A DNA stretch of 35,330 nt from a virus, in the IMG/VR virus record IMGVR_UViG_3300045988_136456; one strand, given 5' to 3'. The notes below the pieces were generated by a model. It worked only from the letters and a program-made list of their open reading frames with translations. It did not search any database and was not told the DNA's origin. Positions 7,442-14,087 of the stretch are shown one piece after another (position 1 is the first letter of the stretch; each line of letters begins with the position of its first letter). The position numbers and the translations under genes were made by a program.

Positions 7442-7488
7442 GGTTTGCTTTGAACTTTTCTGCGGTGCTGGTGACGTTATAATCGATG

Positions 7489-7722
7489 CTATCGTTGATG
7501 GCCCTCCCTGTCACGGGGAGGGCTTTTCCCGTGCCCGAATCGGGCACTTTTTTTATTTTTATTTTTGCGCCGGAGCATATCGCCGACGACTCTGGTTTGC
7601 TCTGCCGGGTCGAGCTCCGCGAAGAGGTCGATGAAGGGCGCATAGCGCTCGTCGAGGACCTGCGTGGCGATCCGTAGACCTCCGCACATTTCCCCCTCTC
7701 CGAGTTCGCGCGAGCTCAGCAA
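7489..7722 (-). pseudogene. Remnant copy of the repressor 3' end
   Basis: 7527-7668 is about 97% identical to 8346-8487 and encodes TQVLDERYAPFIDLFAELDPAEQTRVVGDMLRRKNK. No HTH domain precedes it. Confidence 0.7.
7531..7547. repeat. Palindrome family copy (GTGCCCGAATCGGGCAC)
   Basis: 17-bp perfect palindrome followed by a T-run on the + strand. Confidence 0.9.
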
Positions 7723-7754
7723 AGACCGCCGCCCTCATGGGTGGCGGCCTTTTG
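7667..7754. repeat. Direct repeat A2, partner of 7010-7096
   Basis: See A1. Confidence 0.85.
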
Positions 7755-8336
7755 TTATTCGTCAGCGTTTGCGATCAGCGTTATTGCCGCACCGTAGCTT
7801 TTCCCGTTTTCTCCGCCGAATACTTTCAGCGTAATTGCGTCGGTAAATTCAAGATCGTTAAAAACGGCGTCAAGGTTTTCCTTTGCAATGCAGCCTATTT
7901 GGTCGCCGTTGACTTTGACTGCCAGTGCGCGCTCGCCCTTGTAGTCAAACTCATCGAGAGACACTTCGCAATCTTCATAAGGCGGCTCACAATTTGCGAT
8001 AGCGCCAAGAATTTCCTGCCGCGAGGTTCCGTCCTCGTTGTCAAATGATTCTCCGACTACGTCATAATGATGGCGGAATGACGTGACACTGCTGGCTTTA
8101 ATCTTAGGCGCATACTGGCGTTCAACTCGTTCACGTTCCGCTTTTGTCTTTTCAATTTCTTCGTCAAGTTCATCAAGGTGGGCCTGCGTTTTCTTCAGCC
8201 GTTCCTCGGCAGCCTGTTTTCGATGGAGTTCAGCCTGCTGTTCGCGTTCAGCCTCACGCTTGTCGTCAAAATGCCATTTGACGCACAGCCCCACATCAAT
8301 CGCAATCGCCGCATATAGGAATATGACTGAGTTCAT
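7755..8336 (-). CDS. Membrane-anchored coiled-coil protein with a HIRAN-like C-terminal domain
   Basis: ATG at 8336 lies after GGAGGAG. N-terminal TM is VIFLYAAIAIDVGLCV. The EREQQAELHRKQAAEERLKK segment is coiled coil. C-terminus is VVGESFDNEDGTSRQEIL...ALAVKVNGDQIGCIAKENLDAV. Confidence 0.55.
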   Translation of the reverse strand: MNSVIFLYAAIAIDVGLCVKWHFDDKREAEREQQAELHRKQAAEERLKKTQAHLDELDEEIEKTKAERERVERQYAPKIKASSVTSFRHHYDVVGESFDNEDGTSRQEILGAIANCEPPYEDCEVSLDEFDYKGERALAVKVNGDQIGCIAKENLDAVFNDLEFTDAITLKVFGGENGKSYGAAITLIANADE

Positions 8337-8349
8337 GCGCTCCTCCCCC

Positions 8350-8366
8350 GTGCCCGAATCGGGCAC
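8350..8366. repeat. Palindrome family copy (GTGCCCGAATCGGGCAC)
   Basis: Lies between the repressor stop (8371) and the RBS of the HIRAN-like gene. Confidence 0.9.
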
Positions 8367-8370
8367 TTTT

Positions 8371-8730
8371 TTATTTTTTATTTTTGCGCCGGAGCATATC
8401 GCCGACGACTTTGGTTTGCTCTGCCGGGTCGAGCTCCGCGAAGAGGTCGATGAAGGGCGCATAGCGCTCGTCGAGGACCTGCGTGGCCGTGCCGGTCTCC
8501 CCCAGCAGGTCGGAGACCGTGCAGCCGAGATATTGCGCGAGCTGCTGAGCTTTGCCAAGCGATGGAGATTGCCCTTTTTTCTGGTTTGTCAGAAAATCCT
8601 TGCCCGCACCGCTTTCTCGACAGGCTACGGTAGGGGGGACTCCCTTCTGCTTGCATCTTATCTCAACATTTCGCACAAAGATTTCGTTGTTCAATGGTAT
8701 CACATCCTCTCTGCGTTGTTTGAAATTCAC
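8371..8730 (-). CDS. XRE-family HTH repressor, CI-like
   Basis: HTH segment CKQKGVPPTVACRESGAGKDFLTNQKKGQSPSLGKAQQLAQYLGCTVSDLL. Transcribed divergently from an early + strand promoter. The start codon is uncertain (GTG at 8730). Confidence 0.75.
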   Translation of the reverse strand: MNFKQRREDVIPLNNEIFVRNVEIRCKQKGVPPTVACRESGAGKDFLTNQKKGQSPSLGKAQQLAQYLGCTVSDLLGETGTATQVLDERYAPFIDLFAELDPAEQTKVVGDMLRRKNKK

Positions 8731-8757
8731 AAAAATCTAAAATTAACTTCAAACCTA

Positions 8758-8786
8758 TTGACAATCTATAATTAACGATTTACTAT
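8758..8786 (+). promoter_or_regulatory. Early rightward promoter in the switch region
   Basis: TTGACA, 17-nt spacer, TACTAT. Flanked by CTAAAATTAAC / CTATAATTAAC and a tandem ATTTACT x2, which may be operators. Confidence 0.55.
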
Positions 8787-8834
8787 TTACTCACGGTGAG
8801 CCGCGGCGCACCGGATGAAAGGGGGTGGAAAGAC

Positions 8835-9035
8835 ATGGCACCAAACCCAGTTACGATCGCTAAGGTCATTCGGGTCATCGAGATCCGCGAAGTCCGCGGC
8901 GATGGGACGCACGATGACCCGGTCCGTGTGGCAACGTCCTATTGGTCGATGGACGGGAAGCAGCTCGCGGTGTACGATCCCGTCAGACGGGATCAATGCC
9001 AAGAGCTTTCTCAAACGTCAACTCCGAGTCGATGA
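8835..9035 (+). CDS. Small hypothetical protein
   Basis: RBS AAAGGGGGTGGA. Its 3' end overlaps the convergent gene 8983-9678 by 53 nt. Confidence 0.5.
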   Translation: MAPNPVTIAKVIRVIEIREVRGDGTHDDPVRVATSYWSMDGKQLAVYDPVRRDQCQELSQTSTPSR

Positions 9036-9678
9036 AATGGATCATCGCCTGGATAAAAGTTTTCATCGTCTTGACATCCAGATCTTCGTGCTTACGAACA
9101 TAATGGGTCTCATCGTTTCCGATCCAAGTTGCGCGCTGAGCCAATGTTTGTATTCTGCCGTCTTCGATTCGTCGAAGACTTTGCCCGAGGGCTTCGGCTT
9201 TGATAGCCTCCTCATCAGCGGGAAATTTATGGCAAAGGTAGTCTTTTACAAGATACTCCAATGCCTTGCGGTATCCGATGCCGCAAATCTGGGACAATCC
9301 TTCGGCCTCTGCCTGCTGAGCCTGTCCATAGGTTTCGACGAAGGTCAGCGACAGTCCAAGGATATCTTCGCTGAAGGGTTCACGGCTTGGTGTCATCGGA
9401 AAGAGTTCGTACTCATGCATAAAGTCTGCTGTACGGCGATATGCCGGCTCGATGGCTTGACGAAATCTTCCGAGGAAAACCTTGCGGCACTTTGGACACA
9501 GAAACATAGCGTATAAATTGCAAAGCGTTGTTCCCTTGTCCGTGCTGTCCATCACATATTTTGAATTCAGAATAGTTGGTTTCAGAGCGTGATGGCATAT
9601 CGGACATTCATCAAGCTCAGGGATTTCAAAGTCAATCTTATACACACCATTATCATCAAAAGCCGTAATGCGCACCAT
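8983..9678 (-). CDS. Zn-ribbon plus DUF4145-like domain protein, low-GC moron
   Basis: N-terminal CPICHH...CPKC. C-terminus is GIGYRKALEYLVKDY...TWIGNDETHYVRKHEDLDVKTMKTFIQAMIHFI. GC is visibly lower than in neighbouring genes. Confidence 0.6.
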   Translation of the reverse strand: MVRITAFDDNGVYKIDFEIPELDECPICHHALKPTILNSKYVMDSTDKGTTLCNLYAMFLCPKCRKVFLGRFRQAIEPAYRRTADFMHEYELFPMTPSREPFSEDILGLSLTFVETYGQAQQAEAEGLSQICGIGYRKALEYLVKDYLCHKFPADEEAIKAEALGQSLRRIEDGRIQTLAQRATWIGNDETHYVRKHEDLDVKTMKTFIQAMIHFIDSELTFEKALGIDPV

Positions 9679-9754
9679 AATACCCCGCCCTTTCTACATT
9701 AACTCATAGTAAACCATATCACACCGAGAGAGAAAAAGCAAGGAGGTGTTCCCA

Positions 9755-10024
9755 ATGAGGATCCGAGAATTACGAGAGCGCCGCGGTCTGACCGGCACGG
9801 AGCTGGCCCGCATGACCGGCGTGACGCCGCCCGCCGTGATCGGGTGGGAGAACGGCAGCAAGACGCCCACGACGGACAAGCTGCCGACCATCGCGGCCGT
9901 GCTGGAGTGCGAGGTCAGAGATCTCTACGACGACGAGACGCTTCGCGCCGCGAGCGAGGCGGCGAGGGCCGCGGTGGCGGCCAAGGGCGCGGAAGGCGCG
10001 AGAGCGCTCGCCGCAGGAAAGTGA
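9755..10024 (+). CDS. XRE-family HTH protein, Cro-like
   Basis: AAGGAGG lies 8 nt upstream of the ATG. Sequence MRIRELRERRGLTGTELARMTGVTPPAVIGWENGSKTPTTDKL. Confidence 0.75.
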   Translation: MRIRELRERRGLTGTELARMTGVTPPAVIGWENGSKTPTTDKLPTIAAVLECEVRDLYDDETLRAASEAARAAVAAKGAEGARALAAGK

Positions 10025-10037
10025 GGAGGGATAAGCC

Positions 10038-10247
10038 ATGCGAGAGCGCGAGGCGTTCCGCGATCAGCTGCAATCTTTGCGCGAGCAGTTTGCCGGGCAG
10101 GAGGTGCTGACGCTGGATCAGAGCAGTAAGCTCCTCGGTCTTGACCGCGCGGCGCTGCTCGGCGACAAGGATTTTCCGGCCAAGAAGGTCGGCAAGAAGT
10201 ACATCATCCCCATCGTGCCGCTTGCGCGGTGGATGGCTACCTGGTGA
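10038..10247 (+). CDS. Excisionase-like / HTH_17-type DNA-binding protein
   Basis: LTLDQSSKLLGLDRAALL...KKVGKKYIIPIVPLARWM. Confidence 0.5.
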   Translation: MREREAFRDQLQSLREQFAGQEVLTLDQSSKLLGLDRAALLGDKDFPAKKVGKKYIIPIVPLARWMATW

Positions 10248-10279
10248 TTTGACGTTACCACAAAGGAGGACGAAAGACA

Positions 10280-10846
10280 ATGGCAGCGTTATACCCAAAT
10301 ATCTATCAAAGAGGGCGTAAAACGACACTTTTGACGCAGGAGGAGGCCGCGGAGCGGCTGGGCATCTCTGCCGAGACCTTGAAGCGCTACGAGGGCGGCA
10401 GGCTCACGCCGTCGGACGAGACCGTCGCGAAGATGTGTAGCGTCTACGGTGTGCCCTGGCTGGCGCTGGAGCACGCGAAGGCAACCGACCGGCTGGGCGT
10501 GCTGCCGGAGGTGGAGCCGAAGCCGCTGCCGATGGCGACCATCTCGCTGACCAACCGCCTGCGCGACGCAGCGGACCGGCTGGCCGGATTGCTCCGCATC
10601 GCCGAGGACGGCGTGATCGACGACGCGGAGCGCCCGGAGTTCGACGACATCGTGCAGGACCTGCGCGAGACCATCGCCGCGGCGTATCAGGTGATCTACG
10701 CGGACGACGCAAAAAAAGAACGCCCCGAGGCTGGCACCTCGAAGCGTTCCCGTCCCCAGAGCAGGAGCTCTGAAAACCATTGCAAACACAGTATATCGCA
10801 GAAACAGACGAAAGTCAACACCTTCCGAGGGGAGGCGCGCGCATGA
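10280..10846 (+). CDS. XRE-family HTH domain protein
   Basis: LLTQEEAAERLGISAETLKRYEGGRLTPSDETVAKMCSVYGVPWL. Confidence 0.7.
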   Translation: MAALYPNIYQRGRKTTLLTQEEAAERLGISAETLKRYEGGRLTPSDETVAKMCSVYGVPWLALEHAKATDRLGVLPEVEPKPLPMATISLTNRLRDAADRLAGLLRIAEDGVIDDAERPEFDDIVQDLRETIAAAYQVIYADDAKKERPEAGTSKRSRPQSRSSENHCKHSISQKQTKVNTFRGEARA

Positions 10847-10936
10847 CGGGACTGGACATCTTCCTGATCCTCGTCGGCGTCACGTCTCTCACGGAGCGGC
10901 TGATGAAGATCATCGTCTATTTGGATGGAGGAAAGT

Positions 10937-11725
10937 ATGAGCGAGGGCGTAATAAAGTCCGGCCATCGTGAGCCGTTTACCGTCCTATATAAGTCGGCGA
11001 TCCGAGACACGCGCCTGAGCTTTGAAATGCTCGGATTCCTGACCTATATGCTGGACAAGCCTCCCGATTGGGAGTTCACCATCTCCGGCATGGCGAAGGA
11101 GCGCGGCGTCGGCAAGGACACGGTGCGCCGCCTTGTGGGACGGCTTGAGGAGGTCGGCTATCTGATGCGCGAGCAATCGCATGACGGCAGCGGGCGCTTT
11201 TCCGCGAACACCTACGTTTTGCAGGAAAAGCCACCGTTGTCGGAAAACACCGACAACGGTGAAAGCCGTCGTCTGGAAACACCGTCAACGGAGTTTCCGA
11301 CCCAAAGTAAGAACGTAGAGACTAAAGATTATATTATACCCCCCTATAGTCCCCCCAAGGGGGACGGCGCGGAGCCGAGAAAACAGCGCAGCAAAACCAC
11401 GCCGACATGGAAGCCGGAGCGCTTTGAGGGCTTTTGGGCTTACTACCCACGCGGGGAGAACCGCATGGGCGCGGTGCGCGCCTGGGACAAGCTCAAGCCG
11501 GACGACGCGCTGATCGAGACCATCGGCCGCGCGCTGCAGGTGCTCAAGGCCTCTCCCGCGTGGCGGGACGGCGTCGGCATCCCGTATGCCTCGACCTTTC
11601 TCAACGGCCGGCGCTGGGAGGACGCCAAGGCCAAGCGCCCGGCGCAGAGCGCCAAGGCGCAGACGGTGCGCCGCATCGAGCAGCCGCCGGATAGTCAGGA
11701 CGGAGGGTGGACATGGGCCGAGTAG
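10937..11725 (+). CDS. Replication initiator / replisome organiser, DnaD-like wHTH
   Basis: GGAGGAAAG RBS. Contains GFLTYMLDKPPDWEFTISGMAKERGVGKDTVRRLVGRLEEVGYL and C-terminal FWAYYPRGENRMGAVRAWDKL...STFLNGRRWED. Confidence 0.65.
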   Translation: MSEGVIKSGHREPFTVLYKSAIRDTRLSFEMLGFLTYMLDKPPDWEFTISGMAKERGVGKDTVRRLVGRLEEVGYLMREQSHDGSGRFSANTYVLQEKPPLSENTDNGESRRLETPSTEFPTQSKNVETKDYIIPPYSPPKGDGAEPRKQRSKTTPTWKPERFEGFWAYYPRGENRMGAVRAWDKLKPDDALIETIGRALQVLKASPAWRDGVGIPYASTFLNGRRWEDAKAKRPAQSAKAQTVRRIEQPPDSQDGGWTWAE

Positions 11726-13065
11726 ACGCGCAGCCGAGCGCCGGCTTGGAAGCCGAGCGCGCCGTGCTCGGCGCGATGCTGATCGACGAGAGCATCGTCG
11801 GTCAGGTGCTCGCCGAGGTGGACGAGCGCGACTTCACCAGCACAGCCAACCGGCTGATCTTCCAGGCGGCGCGCGAGGTGTTCCGCGAGGGCGGGCACGC
11901 CGACGCCATCACGATCAACGCAAAACTCGGCTATGCCTCCGGCTCGCCGCAGCAGCAACAGCTCATCGACCTGATGGAGGTCACGCCCACGAGCGCGAGC
12001 TGGCGCGAATATGCGCAGCTTATGCGCGAGCAGGCGGCGCTGGGCCGCATCCGCGCCCTCTCGGCGCAGATCAACGGCGCGGCTACGCTCGACGACGTCC
12101 GTCCGCTGCTCTCGGAGCTGCAAGCGCAGATGACCTCGCGCCGCGGCGTGAAGGTGGTGCCGATGCTGCAGCTCCTGCAGGACTTCTCTGCGCGCCACGC
12201 GAGCGGCGCAGCCGCGGACTATGTGGGCTTCGGGCTGGACGTGCTTGACCACAACAGCTTTATCCGGCGCGGCGACGTGGTGGTGCTGGGCGGCTACCCG
12301 AGCGACGGAAAGACGGCCCTTGCCCTGATGATGGCCTACCACATGGCCAAGACGCTCAAGGTCGGCTTTTTCAGCCTTGAAACGTCCGCCGGCAAGATCG
12401 GCGACCGCATCGTGACGCAGGGCATGAAGATCGACTTCGACGCGATCAAGCGCAGCCGCCTGACCGATCGCGACTGGGGCACCTTCGCGGTCTGCTCGGA
12501 GGACGCAGTCAAGCGCCGGCTTGACGTGATCCAGGCGAGCGGCATGACCGCAGGCGACATCATGGCGGAGTCCATCACCTACGGCTACGACGTGATCTTT
12601 GTGGACTACGTCCAGCTGATCGTCCCTGAGGGCAACCCGCGCGACCTGCGCAGCGAGCAGATGGCGACTGTCTCCCGCGCGCTGCACACCTTCGCCCAGA
12701 GCCGCGGCGTGCTGGTGGTGGAGCTGGCGCAGCTCTCGCGCCCCGAGCGCGGGGCATGGCGCGCGCCGGATATGCACGACCTCAAGGAGACGGGTCAATT
12801 CGAGCAGGACGCGGACCTTATCGTCATGGTCTACCGTCCCGATCCCAAGCAGAACTACTCGCAGGAGAAATGCCGCGTCATCCAGATCGCCAAGAGCAAG
12901 GAGGGCAGGCGCGGCAAGGGCGTGTTTGCTTTTGACGGCAAGCATCAGACCTTCGCGCTCTACACTCGCGATGACGAGAAGGGCCGGAAGGAGAAAACGG
13001 ACGGCGAAGCGCCCGGTCAGATGGCGCTTGAGGAAGTGCCAGAGGACGAGAACGCGCCGTTCTGA
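11713..13065 (+). CDS. DnaB-like replicative helicase
   Basis: N-terminal AERAVLGAMLIDESIV. Walker A-like GGYPSDGKTALAL. Also VIFVDYVQLI. A GTG at 11707 is an alternative start. Confidence 0.85.
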   Translation: MGRVDAQPSAGLEAERAVLGAMLIDESIVGQVLAEVDERDFTSTANRLIFQAAREVFREGGHADAITINAKLGYASGSPQQQQLIDLMEVTPTSASWREYAQLMREQAALGRIRALSAQINGAATLDDVRPLLSELQAQMTSRRGVKVVPMLQLLQDFSARHASGAAADYVGFGLDVLDHNSFIRRGDVVVLGGYPSDGKTALALMMAYHMAKTLKVGFFSLETSAGKIGDRIVTQGMKIDFDAIKRSRLTDRDWGTFAVCSEDAVKRRLDVIQASGMTAGDIMAESITYGYDVIFVDYVQLIVPEGNPRDLRSEQMATVSRALHTFAQSRGVLVVELAQLSRPERGAWRAPDMHDLKETGQFEQDADLIVMVYRPDPKQNYSQEKCRVIQIAKSKEGRRGKGVFAFDGKHQTFALYTRDDEKGRKEKTDGEAPGQMALEEVPEDENAPF

Positions 13066-13093
13066 AAAAAATCGAGAGAAAGAGAGAAACGAC

Positions 13094-13279
13094 ATGCCAA
13101 GAATCGGAGATACCCACGCCATTTTGGCGGACATCGGCGCGGCCATCGGCCCCGGACATCGGGAGCTCCCGCGGCTGCTGCCCGGCCGCATCGTGTACAT
13201 CAACCGCGCGCACCGCTGGTATCTCGTCGAGGCCGACCTCGGCGACGGCGTGACGGTCCGCGAGGGCTTCAAATTTTGA
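13094..13279 (+). CDS. Hypothetical protein
   Basis: 61-aa ORF beginning at an ATG inside the track ORF, upstream of parA. Confidence 0.45.
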   Translation: MPRIGDTHAILADIGAAIGPGHRELPRLLPGRIVYINRAHRWYLVEADLGDGVTVREGFKF

Positions 13280-13301
13280 AAGAGAGAAACAGGAGAACGA
13301 C

Positions 13302-14087
13302 ATGAAAACCATTGCGATCATGAACAACAAAGGTGGCGTCGGCAAGACCGTCACCGCCATCAACCTCGCAGAGATCCTCGTGCATGACTACGGAAAGCGC
13401 GTGCTGCTGATCGACTGCGACGGACAATGCAATCTGACGAACTTTTACAAGCCGGGCTACGACCCCGACTCGGACAGCAACGTTGCAACGCTTTTGCTTG
13501 GCATGGCGGAGCCGCTCTGGAGCGATTCCGCCATCACGCTCTCGCCGTCGATGCTGCTTGTCCCCGCATCCTCGGAGCTCTATGACATCGACTGCAACGC
13601 GCTGCACGAGGGTATGCGGCGCACACGTGTTCTGTATGATTTCGTCCGCGCGGCAGAGGATGACAACGGCGCGGACTACTGCATCCTCGATTGTCCCCCT
13701 GGGTACACCGTGGCGAGCGTCAACGCGCTGTTTGCCTGTGACGAGGTGATTGTCCCCGCGAAGATCGACGGTTTTGTCTTTGACGGTCTCGAGAGCGTGC
13801 GCGCACAGATCCGCAGCCTGCGTCGTGCGCGTCCCGACGTGCGGATTGCCGGTGTGCTCGTCACAATGCGGAACAGCAGCGAGGTCGTGCGCGAGGGCGA
13901 GACCTTGCTACGCCAACGCGGGATCCTGGTCTTTGAGCAGGTCATTCGGCGCACGGATAAGGTCGTGGAGACCACGTTTGAGAAAAAACCGTTGATCGAT
14001 TACTGCCCGCGGAGCGTGGCGACGCAGGACTACCGCCGCTGGGTGGCGGAATATCTCGGAGAGGAGCTTGGTCATGGCGAAGTTTGA
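13302..14087 (+). CDS. parA: ParA-type partition ATPase
   Basis: Deviant Walker A: MKTIAIMNNKGGVGKTVTAINLA. Confidence 0.85.
   Translation: MKTIAIMNNKGGVGKTVTAINLAEILVHDYGKRVLLIDCDGQCNLTNFYKPGYDPDSDSNVATLLLGMAEPLWSDSAITLSPSMLLVPASSELYDIDCNALHEGMRRTRVLYDFVRAAEDDNGADYCILDCPPGYTVASVNALFACDEVIVPAKIDGFVFDGLESVRAQIRSLRRARPDVRIAGVLVTMRNSSEVVREGETLLRQRGILVFEQVIRRTDKVVETTFEKKPLIDYCPRSVATQDYRRWVAEYLGEELGHGEV

Noticed and set aside
7383-7643. 86-aa minus-strand ORF
   Set aside because: Its first half is the out-of-frame reading of the duplicated repressor tail and passes through two hairpins. Only the last 38 or so codons look protein-like, and they have no start codon. I interpret it as an orphan gene fragment.
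10843-10971. 42-aa ORF MTGLDIFLILVGVTSL... overlapping the stop of 10280-10846
   Set aside because: It could be a small membrane peptide with ATGA coupling. However, it overlaps the DnaD-like gene start and has no independent support, so it was not listed as a feature.
11695-13272. 525-aa minus-strand ORF
   Set aside because: Shadow ORF antisense to the DnaB-like helicase, which carries clear motifs on the + strand.
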